Positions 1 to 9,965 of a stretch of 64,000 nucleotides of DNA are shown one piece after another. The notes below the pieces were generated by a model. The model was not told where the DNA came from, did not search any database, and worked only from the letters and a program-made list of their open reading frames with translations. The number at the start of each line of letters is the position of its first letter. The stretch's first letter is position 1. A program made the translations under genes and the position numbers. This stretch comes from Dehalococcoidia bacterium (GTDB lineage Bacteria > Chloroflexota > Dehalococcoidia > Lucifugimonadales > G965248475): contig OZ252106.1 of the NCBI GenBank assembly GCA_965248475.1, forward strand, positions 1,583,640 to 1,647,639, written 5' to 3'.

Positions 1-293
1 TCACGGCCACCGCTACACGCATGACCCGTGGTTTCAAACCAACCACAAAATACTTTACGAATCTGCTTACGAATTTCGGTAGCTGGCACCTATAGTGATG
101 ACGATGCACGCTGCTTCATATCCAGTATAGCGATTCATTTTCCTGGCCCCCTCAACCTTAGAATGCAGAGGAAAGCGAAATGTTAATAATATGTATAGAC
201 CATATATGTTAGGTGGACTGACATGGTGTTGGGACGGTGTGATTTACGTGTGAATTTGCAGCTGCCGGCAAGCCGACGCCTTCTACATCCGTC

Positions 294-982
294 CTATGCC
301 GCTGCATCGTAGCGGTAGCCCACCCCGCGTACGGTGGCCACAAGTTTCGGGTCCTGAGGATCGTCCTCAATCTTGCGCCGGAGACGGCTCATATGCCATT
401 TCACATACTCACAACCCTGATACTCTGAGCCCCACACCTGGTCTACTATCTCCCGTTGCGTCACTACCTGCCCTGCACGCTCCACCAGGCACGCAAGGAT
501 GTCGTACTCCAGCACCGTCAGGGAGACCTCTTCTCCATTCACCTTCACACAGTGTTGCGCGAAATCAATGGTGACGATGCCGTCGGCGTATACTGCTCCG
601 GTCTCGGCGTAACCACGCTCCGAGCGGCGCAGTATTGCCCCAACGCGGGCCAAGAGTTCCATTCGACCTACCGGCTTGACCATGTAGTCATCGGCACCCA
701 GACTCAAAGCCTGAACCTTGTCCCTCTCCCAATCCTCGTCGCTCAGCAGAATGACAGGTACGGGGGAGCGTTCTCGGATGAGTGCCAGCAGATCAAACAT
801 TTCCCGCTGCTGCGCCGGCAGGTCCAGAATGACGAAGCCAGGCTGGTTTATGGCCAGTTCCCACAGCCCATGTAGTGGGTCTAACGCTTCGATCACCCCA
901 TACCCCGCATCCTCCAGCCAGTCTCGAAGCTTTTTCCCAAAGGCGGGTTCATCTACCGAGTCAGTACCTGCAACTGTTCCAT
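294..982 (-). CDS. OmpR/PhoB-family response regulator (receiver + winged helix), 5' end disrupted
   Basis: Track ORF 294..896 has a receiver core (GFVILDL phospho-Asp context, DYMVKP Lys) and a wHTH C-terminus (TVRGVGYRY). SD GGAGG + ATG 982 lies in another frame (MEQLQVLTR*). The RR frame upstream reads ..TDSVDEPAFGKKL with no start codon, so a 1-nt indel near 960 is inferred. Confidence 0.8.
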
Positions 983-1200
983 GACTGCCTCCACGAGGTG
1001 CAAGGGTTGCCCCTCAGTTCAATCGCTTACACCTGACAAGATGCGGCATAGCGGCCATAGCGAATATCGCTCGAATGTTTGATTTCGGGGTGAGAAGGGT
1101 TTAGAAGGGCCTACCCTTCGGGCTAATCCATTCGGGTTAGCCTTGCCACTCTTCATCCCCCTCTGTTAACGTAGCCGCAGATTCAGTATTGCCTTGAGAG

Positions 1201-1932
1201 GTGTGGGTGAAAGCGTCCCTCTTCGTCAGTTGCCTTGTTGACCAGTTCTACCCAGAGATAGGGGAGAGCGTTGTCAAAGTGCTCAGGCATCTGAACGTTG
1301 ACGTGGACTTCCCCTCCGGCCAGACCTGCTGCGGCCAACCGGCCTACAACTCGGGCTTCGTGAGTCGGGCCGCGCCACTGGCACGCCGCGTTCTGGACCT
1401 TTTCTCCGACAGCGAGTACGTTGTCGTACCCTCGGGCTCCTGCGGCGCCATGCTCAAGGTGTTCACCCCGGAACTGTTTCGCGACGACCCCGAGATGGAA
1501 GCGCGGGCCCGCTCCCTGGCCGAACGCACCTACGAGTTCTCTCAGTTTATTGTCAATGTCCTGGGCGTCACCGACGTAGGCGCCAGCTTCCAGGGCAAGG
1601 TCACCTACCACGCATCGTGCCACCTGCTACGCGAGCTGGGCGGCGCCACGGAGAGCCTGGACCTGATCCGGGCCATCCGCGGCGTTGAGTTTGTGGAGAT
1701 GGACGGTGCGACCGCCTGCTGCGGCTTCGGCGGCACATTCGCCGTCAAGTACCCTGAGATATCTGGGGCCATACTAGAGCCCAAGTTACGGAGCATTGAG
1801 GCTACCGATGCCGATATCCTGGTGGCCGCCGACGCCGGGTGCCTGATGCACGTGGCGGGCGCAATGAGCCGTCGGGGAATGAAGACACGGCCAATGCACC
1901 TTGCCCAGCTCCTGACTCAGGAGGCATCTTGA
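1201..1932 (+). CDS. lutA: Lactate utilisation protein LutA (CCG-domain Fe-S oxidoreductase, YkgE-like)
   Basis: Two CCG cysteine motifs (GQTCCGQP, ATACCGFGG). N-terminus KASLFVSCLVDQFYP. Followed by lutB and lutC. Start is GTG 1201 or 1207, after GAGAGG. Confidence 0.85.
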   Translation: MWVKASLFVSCLVDQFYPEIGESVVKVLRHLNVDVDFPSGQTCCGQPAYNSGFVSRAAPLARRVLDLFSDSEYVVVPSGSCGAMLKVFTPELFRDDPEMEARARSLAERTYEFSQFIVNVLGVTDVGASFQGKVTYHASCHLLRELGGATESLDLIRAIRGVEFVEMDGATACCGFGGTFAVKYPEISGAILEPKLRSIEATDADILVAADAGCLMHVAGAMSRRGMKTRPMHLAQLLTQEAS

Positions 1933-1951
1933 TAGTGGGCATTGCTCAAGT

Positions 1952-2133
1952 GTCGACCTGTCGGGACACCCATATTTTCTGTTGTGGCTTGGGTGGCAAG
2001 CACTTGCAAGCAGTCAGCAGAGAACGTGGGTGGGTGGGACAAAGGCGTCTGCCACCAAATGCACTACCCGCTCATGTCCTTCGACAGGTCCGAGTAGGAC
2101 TCGCGACTCTTGTCGGAGCTCAGGATGAACGGG
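1952..2133. repeat. Intergenic palindromic repeat element, copy A (between lutA and lutB)
   Basis: Shares the modules GTCGGGACACCC, CACCCATATTTTCTGTTGTGGCTTRGG..GCAAGC, GAACGTGGGT and GTGGGTGGGTGGGA with 43187..43276 and 57140..57390. Confidence 0.8.
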
Positions 2134-2184
2134 CAGAGGTAGCGGGCGGGTGGACAGAACACACTAGACGCAGGTAGCACAACA

Positions 2185-3636
2185 ATGCAGATCAGGACAC
2201 AGGAGTTCACCAAAGCATCGTCTCGGGCGCTGGCCAACGAACAGCTTCAGCATTCGCTGAACGGTGTCGTCGAGGGGTTCGATCGCGCCCTGCAGGACGC
2301 CGTCCGAGAGCTGACACCCGAAACGTGGGATGGCTATCGGGACCGCGCCCGTGAGGTCAAGCGCCACACCATAGAGAACCTGGACTACTACCTGGGCCTA
2401 CTCGCAGACCGTGTCCAGGACAGAGGCGGTACCGTTCATTTCGCGCAGGACGCCAGTGACGCCGTGGATGTGGTCCTGGACCTGGCGCGTGCCAGGGGTG
2501 TGAAGCTGGTGACCAAGGGCAAGAGCATGGTTTCAGAGGAGATGGGCCTGGACAGTGCCCTGGAGGCTGACGGCATAGAGGCGGTGGAGACGGACCTAGG
2601 CGAATACATCATCCAGCTTGCGGAGGAGACACCCTTCCACCTCATAGCCCCGGCTATGCACAAGACCAAGGAGCAGGTCGCGGAGCTGTTCAGGGAAAAG
2701 CTAGGCGCCAGGCGACTGAGGAGCATACGTGACATGACAGTCGCGGCGCGGCGCGCCCTGCGAGGCAAGTTCCTACAGGCTGACATGGGCATCACAGGGG
2801 TCAACTTCGCAGTCGCGGAGACGGGGACAGTCGTGATCGTCGCCAACGAGGGCAACGGACGCATGTGCACCTCACTGCCCAGGATACACGTGGCCATCAT
2901 GGGGATGGAGCGCGTTGTCCCGGCGCTGGAGGACATGGCGGTGATGCTGCGACTCCTTCCCAGGGCAGCTACAGGACAGGAGATCACGAGCTACGTGACA
3001 ATGGTCTCCGGCCCGCGCCGCGCCCAGGACGAGGACGGCCCGGACGAGTTCCACCTTGTGATCCTGGACAACGGACGCAACAGGCTACTCGCGGACCCGG
3101 ACCTGCGTGAGGCGCTTTACTGCATCCGGTGCGGCGCCTGCCTCAACGCCTGCCCGGTGTATCAGAAGGTGGGCGGCCACGCCTACGGGTGGGTCTACCA
3201 AGGGCCCATCGGTGCTGTGGTGACACCGGTCATGGTCGGTCTGCCCAAGGCCAAGGACCTGCCATTCGCCTCCACGCTGTGCGGCGCCTGCAGGGAGGTA
3301 TGCCCTGTAAGGATCGATATTCCTCGCATGCTGCTCAAGCTACGCACCCAGGCCAGCGAGGGCGACCGGTCACAGCGCAAGGTATCGCTTCGCGAGCGGG
3401 TAGGCATAGGAATTTGGAGCCGTATCGTATCGTCGGAGCGCTCACTGACCCTGGCCCGGGGTGCCGCCGCCTTCATTCAACGCCCCTTCTCCAGGCGAGG
3501 CCGATTGCGCCGCATTCCACTGCCGCCGTTCTCGCGCTGGACCCGCAACAGGGACTTCCCTGCCCTGGCCCGCCGCTCCTTTCATAGGCTTTGGACCAAA
3601 GAGTTGCGAGGCACAGATACCACCGATGCCCCGTGA
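2185..3636 (+). CDS. lutB: Lactate utilisation protein LutB (LUD domain + 2x[4Fe-4S], YkgF-like)
   Basis: Two ferredoxin-type motifs (CIRCGACLNACP, CGACREVCP) follow an LUD domain (GITGVNFAVAETGT). Confidence 0.9.
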   Translation: MQIRTQEFTKASSRALANEQLQHSLNGVVEGFDRALQDAVRELTPETWDGYRDRAREVKRHTIENLDYYLGLLADRVQDRGGTVHFAQDASDAVDVVLDLARARGVKLVTKGKSMVSEEMGLDSALEADGIEAVETDLGEYIIQLAEETPFHLIAPAMHKTKEQVAELFREKLGARRLRSIRDMTVAARRALRGKFLQADMGITGVNFAVAETGTVVIVANEGNGRMCTSLPRIHVAIMGMERVVPALEDMAVMLRLLPRAATGQEITSYVTMVSGPRRAQDEDGPDEFHLVILDNGRNRLLADPDLREALYCIRCGACLNACPVYQKVGGHAYGWVYQGPIGAVVTPVMVGLPKAKDLPFASTLCGACREVCPVRIDIPRMLLKLRTQASEGDRSQRKVSLRERVGIGIWSRIVSSERSLTLARGAAAFIQRPFSRRGRLRRIPLPPFSRWTRNRDFPALARRSFHRLWTKELRGTDTTDAP

Positions 3637-3669
3637 GGTTGCTTTGCACAACACGCATAAGATAAGAGC

Positions 3670-4416
3670 ATGACGGGCACATCTCGCGAAGACTTTCTGG
3701 ACAACCTGCGCCAGGCCCTAGGCCGTAGCGGCCCCAGTACCATGCCGGAGTACGCACCGCTGAAGATCCGTAGGAACGACCAGCGGCAAAAGGTGGTCAC
3801 CATAGAGGCAAGGGTCCAGGCCCGCCGCGCTGAACTGCTCGACCGCCTGAGCAGCGAGGCATCAGACCGCGGGTGGCAGGTGTATCGCGCGCCATCCAGC
3901 GAGGAGGCGGTGGCATACATGGTCGCCCTGGCCTCCAGAAAGCGCGCCGGCCTCATCGTTCGCTCAACCCATGAGGTGTTTCAGAATGTGCCTCTGGACG
4001 ACGCCCTGCGCAATCACGGTGGACGCGTCACAGTGATAGCGAGGGACCGCAGGACATCCCGCGAGCAGTTGCGGCCTGAGATGGGCCGCGCCGATATGGG
4101 CATTACCGGGGTGGACTACGCCATCGCCGAGACGGGCACGTGTGTCCTGGTCCCGCGCAAGGGTGTCAGCCGGCTTGTTTCCCTGCTGCCCACTATCCAC
4201 GTAGCCCTAGTGGAGCCCCACCAGGTGTACGAGACGCTGGACGACCTGTTTGCCCTGCGCCGCCTGGCCTTCCTGTTGGGCAGGGGCGACATGGGCAGCT
4301 ACTTGAGCCTCATCAGCGGCCCCAGCCGTACCGCTGACATCGAGCAGACCATAGTGACGGGCGTCCACGGCCCCTTGGAGGCGCACATGGTGATACTGGA
4401 TTCGCCGGAGCAATAG
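3670..4416 (+). CDS. lutC: Lactate utilisation protein LutC (LUD domain, YkgG-like)
   Basis: LUD-domain signature GITGVDYAIAETGTCVLV. Third gene of the lutABC order. Confidence 0.85.
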   Translation: MTGTSREDFLDNLRQALGRSGPSTMPEYAPLKIRRNDQRQKVVTIEARVQARRAELLDRLSSEASDRGWQVYRAPSSEEAVAYMVALASRKRAGLIVRSTHEVFQNVPLDDALRNHGGRVTVIARDRRTSREQLRPEMGRADMGITGVDYAIAETGTCVLVPRKGVSRLVSLLPTIHVALVEPHQVYETLDDLFALRRLAFLLGRGDMGSYLSLISGPSRTADIEQTIVTGVHGPLEAHMVILDSPEQ

Positions 4417-4446
4417 CCAGCGGCACTAGACGGATCCAGGTATCGC

Positions 4447-5643
4447 ATGACAAACGCAGAGATATCACTACGTGAAGCACGCCAGATTGTTCTGGCCGCG
4501 CAAGGATTTGGAAACCGGCCGCCAACCGGACAGCCGGACGCACTCGCGCTGGGAGAAACCGCAAACTATTTGGGCGCGATTCAGATTGACTCGGTCAATG
4601 TGGTAGTCCGTGCCCATTACATGCCTCTGTTTTCGAGGCTAGGGCCATACCCAATGGAATCGCTGAATGACCTTGCCTACAAGCAGCGATCACTATTCGA
4701 GTACTGGGGTCACGAGGCGTCTCTAATACCTGTTTCGCTCTACCCGCTGTTCAAGCATCGGATGAACGAGGCCGAGCCCGGAAGCAGGGTGCGGGACCTT
4801 CTGAAATCGGAACCGCTATACGTGGAATCGGTTCTCAGAGAGATCCAGGAGGCTGGTCCACTCATCGTATCCGAGCTGAGCGACCCCGGCCAAAGAACCG
4901 GGCCCTGGTGGGGCTATAACAAAGGAAAGATCGCCCTGGAATGGTTATTTGACACGGGGCGATTGGCAATAGCATACCGCAGGAATTTCGCCCGCGTGTA
5001 CGACTTGTCGGAGCGGGTGATACCTTCAGAACACCTGAATGCACCCATCCTGTCACCAGAGAAGGCCGTACGTGAGTTGCTACGGATCTCCGCCCAGGCC
5101 TTAGGCATCGGGACTGCCAGGGACATTGCCGACTACTATCGAATCCGACCACAACTGGTTAAGGAGCCATTGAGGGAGCTTGAAGAGGATGGTCACCTGG
5201 TACGAGTCTCGGTAGCAGGATGGAACGAACCAGCCTATATGCATTCCAGGGCGGCCGCAACCGACAAGATAAAAACAACGGCATTACTGTCCCCATTCGA
5301 TTCGCTGATCTGGAAGCGCGACCGCACGGAGCGATTGTTCGGGTTTAGATATCGCATTGAGATTTACGTACCTCAAGCAGCCCGTAAGTTTGGCTACTAT
5401 GTAATGCCCTTCTTGATGGGCGATCAACTGGTGGCCCGGGTAGACCTCAAGGCACACCGGCAGAAATCGACCCTAATGGTCAAGAGCGCCTATTTGGAGG
5501 AGGGCCAGGAACCCGGGGGGGTTGCTGGTGAAATGGCCCCACAGTTAAGCGCAATGTCGCAATGGCTGGGGTTGGACCAGGTCAGTGTTGGGAGGCGAGG
5601 GAATCTGAGTCGGGAACTAATCGCTGCCATGCGCCGCCAATAG
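4447..5643 (+). CDS. YcaQ/AlkZ-like winged-helix DNA glycosylase family protein (DUF1006)
   Basis: 398 aa. N-terminal LGAIQIDSVNVVVRAHYMPLFSR (Q-hydrophobic-D motif) and C-terminal YVPQAARKFGYYVMPFL resemble the YcaQ family. Confidence 0.7.
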   Translation: MTNAEISLREARQIVLAAQGFGNRPPTGQPDALALGETANYLGAIQIDSVNVVVRAHYMPLFSRLGPYPMESLNDLAYKQRSLFEYWGHEASLIPVSLYPLFKHRMNEAEPGSRVRDLLKSEPLYVESVLREIQEAGPLIVSELSDPGQRTGPWWGYNKGKIALEWLFDTGRLAIAYRRNFARVYDLSERVIPSEHLNAPILSPEKAVRELLRISAQALGIGTARDIADYYRIRPQLVKEPLRELEEDGHLVRVSVAGWNEPAYMHSRAAATDKIKTTALLSPFDSLIWKRDRTERLFGFRYRIEIYVPQAARKFGYYVMPFLMGDQLVARVDLKAHRQKSTLMVKSAYLEEGQEPGGVAGEMAPQLSAMSQWLGLDQVSVGRRGNLSRELIAAMRRQ

Positions 5644-5657
5644 ATACAGAGGCAGGC

Positions 5658-6926
5658 CTAAACCTCTCCTTCTAACAGGTTGAACACCATGCCTGTGGGC
5701 AGCTTGGGATGGAAGTAGGTGGACTTGGGAGGCAGCCGCTGGCCGGCAGACATGACCGCCTGGAAAAGGTCCATTGGGAATGACTTCAGGAAGAAGGCCA
5801 TCTGCTCACGACCTCCCACCACGCTCTCCCACGCCTCCACCGGATTATGGACGTAGGTGATGAGTTCACCCAGAGCGTCTCCCAGGACAGGTTCCAGCAC
5901 CTCCTGGTGGAGCACCCAGCCCTCGGAGTCCCGCAGACCACTCTCACCACCGGCGCTTTTAAGCATTAGCAGGTACGGACCTTCGCCATCGGGGCCCACT
6001 AGACCCAGCGACGTACCCCTGCCCTCACGAACCACCGCCTCCTCCAGCGCCTTTGCCGAGGTGGGCTGAGTTTCAAAGGTCTGTATCTGGAACACCTCCA
6101 ATAGCCTGTTGCGCACCGCCGTCAGCGTCGGCGGGTCCATATGCCCCAACGTGCGGTGATACGGCAGCACCAGCAGCCCTGGGTCATCGAAATCTATCAA
6201 TGTCACCATCGCAAAGTTGAATGCGTCCTGCTCCTGCCACGTCCCAGCCTTCTGCCGGGCCTGGTCCCGATAACGAATCGCCGTCTCATACCTGTGGTGG
6301 CCATCGGCGATGAACAGCGACGCATCCGCCAGTACCGACTGCACCGCGCCGCCTAGCTCGGATGCGTCGACCACCCACTGGGCCATTTCGTTACCTTCGC
6401 CGTCTTCAGCGACCGCATCGGGAGGCGTACTCATCACACGCTTCATGCCGCTCCTGATGAGACCATCCGAGTCCTGATAGGCGCACATCACAGGGCTCAG
6501 GTTGGCATGGCACGCCTCCATGAGCCGCAGCCGGTCCTCCTTAGGCCCCGAGGTGGTCTCCTCATGGGGCAGTACGATCCGGCGCTCGAACTCCTCCAGG
6601 CGGACCAGAGCAGTGAGCTCCCAGCGCTCCCATTGCTCATCAAGGTGGCGGAACCTGTGGCGTACCACGTAGTAGGAGGGGTGTCGATCCACCACGAGCA
6701 CACCATCCGCCCGCCACTTTGCCAGGTCCCGCGCGGCACCGGCGTACCGCTCCTCCGGGCCGCCCTCTGGCAACTCCAGGTGCACCGCGTTGTAAGGGCT
6801 GAGACCCGCCAGCGCCTGCCGTTCTGTAGTTGATATCACGTCATAAGGAGGACAGACCAGATCACCCAGGCAGGTAGCTTTATCAGCGGAGTATCGCAGA
6901 CCGCGAAACGGACGGACTTCGGCCAT
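5658..6926 (-). CDS. DUF1015 family protein
   Basis: N-terminus MAEVRPFRGLRYS...LVCPPYDVIS is the hallmark of DUF1015. 422 aa. Confidence 0.85.
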   Translation of the reverse strand: MAEVRPFRGLRYSADKATCLGDLVCPPYDVISTTERQALAGLSPYNAVHLELPEGGPEERYAGAARDLAKWRADGVLVVDRHPSYYVVRHRFRHLDEQWERWELTALVRLEEFERRIVLPHEETTSGPKEDRLRLMEACHANLSPVMCAYQDSDGLIRSGMKRVMSTPPDAVAEDGEGNEMAQWVVDASELGGAVQSVLADASLFIADGHHRYETAIRYRDQARQKAGTWQEQDAFNFAMVTLIDFDDPGLLVLPYHRTLGHMDPPTLTAVRNRLLEVFQIQTFETQPTSAKALEEAVVREGRGTSLGLVGPDGEGPYLLMLKSAGGESGLRDSEGWVLHQEVLEPVLGDALGELITYVHNPVEAWESVVGGREQMAFFLKSFPMDLFQAVMSAGQRLPPKSTYFHPKLPTGMVFNLLEGEV

Positions 6927-7143
6927 GAGGCCTCCTTAATCGTGCTATCTGGGATAGTATAGCGAGCCAGTCGACCCGTGGTCTACGAGGCAAAATAGAG
7001 GAGTGGGAGGATACCTGAAACGCGGAATGTCTGTGTTGGTAGTGAAAGGGAAGGATTAGCGCCCCTGAGCATTGACAGCAGTAAGAGGCAAGCCTAAGAT
7101 TGCGAAATCGATTTTTCCGAACAAATGGAGGCAAAGCAGGGAA

Positions 7144-7479
7144 ATGAAGAAGTACATCGTGATCTATCACGCAAACGAGGCAGCTGCTGAACTAATGCAA
7201 AACTCTAGCCCGGAAGAAATGCAAGAGGGCATGGAGCCATGGATGGCATGGGCGGCAAAATGTGGGCCCGCACTGGTAGATTTTGGTACCTCACTTGTGG
7301 GCGGTCAACAACTAAACAAGTCAGGAAGTTCGCCAAGCGATAAGGGCGTCATGGGATACTCGATACTGCAGGCTGAGAATATGGACGAAGCGAAAGCGCT
7401 CCTCGCGGGGCATCCACACAACGAATGGAACGCCGGCTGCTCTATAGAAGTTCACGAATCTATGCCGATGCCTTCGTAG
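7144..7479 (+). CDS. Small conserved hypothetical protein
   Basis: GGAGG-type SD before ATG 7144. MKKYIVIYHA...GMEPWMAWAAKCG...GHPH reads like a conserved ~110-aa family. The track start at 7072 is probably too far upstream. Confidence 0.55.
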   Translation: MKKYIVIYHANEAAAELMQNSSPEEMQEGMEPWMAWAAKCGPALVDFGTSLVGGQQLNKSGSSPSDKGVMGYSILQAENMDEAKALLAGHPHNEWNAGCSIEVHESMPMPS

Positions 7480-7612
7480 GTACTGCGGCCTGGAACGATT
7501 CCGCGCGACCGCCAAGCAGCCGCCTTACCTTATGGCATCGTGACTCTTAGTGAACCGCCTCTGGCGTGGTACTTGATGTCAAGGGATAATTACCAAGGCA
7601 TAAGATCTGTTT

Positions 7613-7906
7613 ATGACAAGAATAATCTCTTTCAAAGGTGAAGTAGAGAGGTTCCCGAGTCCCGGTGGTTGGTATTTCATTGCTGTGCCTAAGGACTATG
7701 TAGGACACTTGAAACAACAAAGAAAAGCATGGGGGATGTTTCCAATAACTGTATCCCTGAATGGCACCACGTGGAAAACGAAACTCATGATGAAGAAGGG
7801 CGGAGTCTTCTTTGTAGCTCTCAAAGCCGCTATTCGAGAGAAAGAGGAAATATCGTTGGGCGACAGAATCAAGATTTCTTTTAGGCTGGATCAATCCCAG
7901 GTATAG
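7613..7906 (+). CDS. DUF1905 domain protein
   Basis: 97 aa. PGGWYFIAVPKDY...ITVSLNGTTWKTKLMMKKGGVFFVALKAAIR matches the DUF1905 pattern. Confidence 0.7.
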   Translation: MTRIISFKGEVERFPSPGGWYFIAVPKDYVGHLKQQRKAWGMFPITVSLNGTTWKTKLMMKKGGVFFVALKAAIREKEEISLGDRIKISFRLDQSQV

Positions 7907-8283
7907 TGAAGAAATCTCTGGGCCGGCTTAGCTTGCTTAGATACTTGACGCGATATAGCAAATGGCGAAACACTTGCCAGGGGCATACGCGACCATCTGG
8001 GTAGCAGTAGCCTAGCTAGCATGGATATTCATAAATTAGCTGGCGCATTTCTGTCGTATTCTGGTAACGAAGCCCTTCCAATCCCTAGCCCATGAACTTT
8101 CCGAAAGTGCCCTACAGGTCAGTTCAATGTGCCGACAGCACCTAAGAGGTCTTATCAGCGGCCTAGAGGGACTGATTGGGGATGTGCTGGAGGATGTTGG
8201 GTGAAAGCGGGTATTTTGTGGAGTCCACCATCCAAAAGGGCACCAGGGAAGCCGACAATGATCCGACATGGAGCGATGAAGTG

Positions 8284-8619
8284 CTAAATATCAATGGATG
8301 AGTTGAAGCTCGGCCACCGGTCCGCCCATGCCTGGATGGACTCAAACACGGATCTGAGGTCCCGGCCTTTGGCTGTCAGTGTGTACACTACCAGCACTGG
8401 CCGCTGGTCGTGTACCCTCCTATCCACGATGTTTGCCCCTTCAAGTTCCTGAAGCCTCAGAGAGAGCAACCGGTCACTCAGGGCCGGCACGTATGCCGAG
8501 ATCTCGCTGAATCTGCGACGTCCATCCATCAGAGAAGCCAGGACGAGTCCCGTCCACTTCTTCCCCAACAAAACCATCGCGATCTCAAGACCGGGGGGAC
8601 ATGTTGCATTCGTGGCCAT
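8284..8619 (-). CDS. HxlR-family winged-helix transcriptional regulator
   Basis: CPPGLEIAMVLLGKKWTGLVLASLMDGRRRFSEI...VYTLTAKGRDL is the canonical HxlR layout. Confidence 0.9.
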   Translation of the reverse strand: MATNATCPPGLEIAMVLLGKKWTGLVLASLMDGRRRFSEISAYVPALSDRLLSLRLQELEGANIVDRRVHDQRPVLVVYTLTAKGRDLRSVFESIQAWADRWPSFNSSIDI

Positions 8620-8685
8620 TCTTACCTACCTGATGGTTCTTGGATCCAGGCGTATCCTAACAGAAAGTAAGGGACTTGCCCAGAG

Positions 8686-8720
8686 TTAGCAGATATGCTA
8701 ATCTTTAGTTAGTATAACTA
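8686..8720. promoter_or_regulatory. Two palindromes in the HxlR/HtrA divergent region (candidate operators)
   Basis: TTAGCAgataTGCTAA (8686..8701) and TAGTTAgtaTAACTA (8706..8720) lie between the divergent starts at 8619 and 8743. Confidence 0.35.
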
Positions 8721-8742
8721 TCCAGGTCATAGGCACAAGGTT

Positions 8743-9708
8743 TTGGTACGGATACATGAAGACATGCAGTTGCTAGATGCCTATTCGGAGCGGGTTATCC
8801 AGGTCGTGGAGCAGGTCAGTCCAGCCGTAGTGAGCATTAGCACCACGACCAACTCCCGTAGAGGCCGACGTAACGGAAGCGGGTCCGGCGTTGTCATCGC
8901 CCAGGACGGGTTCGTTCTCACGAACAGCCATGTTGTGCAGGGGGCCAGAGAGATTACTGTAACTTTGTACTCTGGAGAGCATATGCCGGCCACGCTGGTG
9001 GGTGAAGATCCCGATACCGACCTTGCCGTACTCAGAGTATCAGCCTCAGGACTTCCTGCCGCGCCCCTCGGCGATTCGAGTCAGCTGATGGCGGGTCAGG
9101 TAGTGATCGCCATAGGGAATCCGCTGGGCCTTCAGACGACAGTAACCGCGGGTGTCGTCAGTGCCATGGGCCGTTCCCTCAGGAGTCAGACGGGAAGGTT
9201 GATGGAGAACATCATCCAGACCGACGCCGCGTTGAATCCAGGGAACAGCGGGGGCCCGCTTGTTGATACCCACGGCCATGTTGTGGGCATCAATACCGCG
9301 ATCATTCAGTACGCACAAGGGATATGCTTCTCGATCCCAGCCAACACCGCTAAGTGGGTGGTCAGCTCGATCATCAAAGATGGAAGGGTACGCCGTGCCT
9401 ATGTAGGTCTCGCCGGGCAGCCTATACGACTCGCCAGCCATCTCGCCGACCGCCTGAAGCAGCCCACCGCCGTGTTGGTGGAGGAGATCTTTGAGTCCGG
9501 GCCAGCGGCCCTAGCGGGAATTCGTCCCGGCGATCTCATCGTCTCGGTGGGTGAGACGCCGATCCGTGATGTCGACAGCCTACACCGACTTCTCGCCGCC
9601 GAAGTAGTGGGTAATAGTCTGGCCATCGCCCTCTTTCGTGATGGTGAGCTCACCACTACAACGGTGATCCCAGTGGACTCCCCACCTCCCATGAGGAAAG
9701 GTAGATAG
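8743..9708 (+). CDS. HtrA/DegP-like S1C serine protease with C-terminal PDZ
   Basis: Catalytic triad contexts TNSHVV, DTDLAVLRV and GNSGGPLVD, followed by a PDZ (GIRPGDLIVSVGETPI). Start is TTG 8743 or ATG 8764. Confidence 0.9.
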   Translation: MVRIHEDMQLLDAYSERVIQVVEQVSPAVVSISTTTNSRRGRRNGSGSGVVIAQDGFVLTNSHVVQGAREITVTLYSGEHMPATLVGEDPDTDLAVLRVSASGLPAAPLGDSSQLMAGQVVIAIGNPLGLQTTVTAGVVSAMGRSLRSQTGRLMENIIQTDAALNPGNSGGPLVDTHGHVVGINTAIIQYAQGICFSIPANTAKWVVSSIIKDGRVRRAYVGLAGQPIRLASHLADRLKQPTAVLVEEIFESGPAALAGIRPGDLIVSVGETPIRDVDSLHRLLAAEVVGNSLAIALFRDGELTTTTVIPVDSPPPMRKGR

Positions 9709-9735
9709 CCGACCGCCCCCCTGTGCGGCGGTCGG
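9709..9735 (+). terminator. Hairpin directly after the htrA-like stop
   Basis: CCGACCGCC-(9 nt)-GGCGGTCGG, a 9-bp stem starting 1 nt after TAG. There is no T-tract, so terminator function is uncertain. Confidence 0.3.
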
Positions 9736-9965
9736 CGGGAGAACGGTGCGGCTAATGCCAGCTCGCTATGAGTTGTCGAACTCGGCCAAACCGGGGCCAG
9801 TTCGCTCTCGAAGCGTAGACGAACATCTGCACGCCACAGTTATCCCCTGGGGGCATAGACCGACCGTCGCGCTTGCTTCTAACCTATTCCCGCTCCCGGC
9901 AGGCTAGCGGGAGACCGGGCTGCTGGACAGATACCTCCATACTGCCAGCTCAGACCAGTGCCGTC

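Noticed and set aside
1839-2177. 112-aa ORF in the lutA-lutB gap.
   Set aside because: It is translated repeat sequence. It shares THIFCCGLG with the false N-terminus at 43195, so it reflects a DNA repeat and not a protein family.
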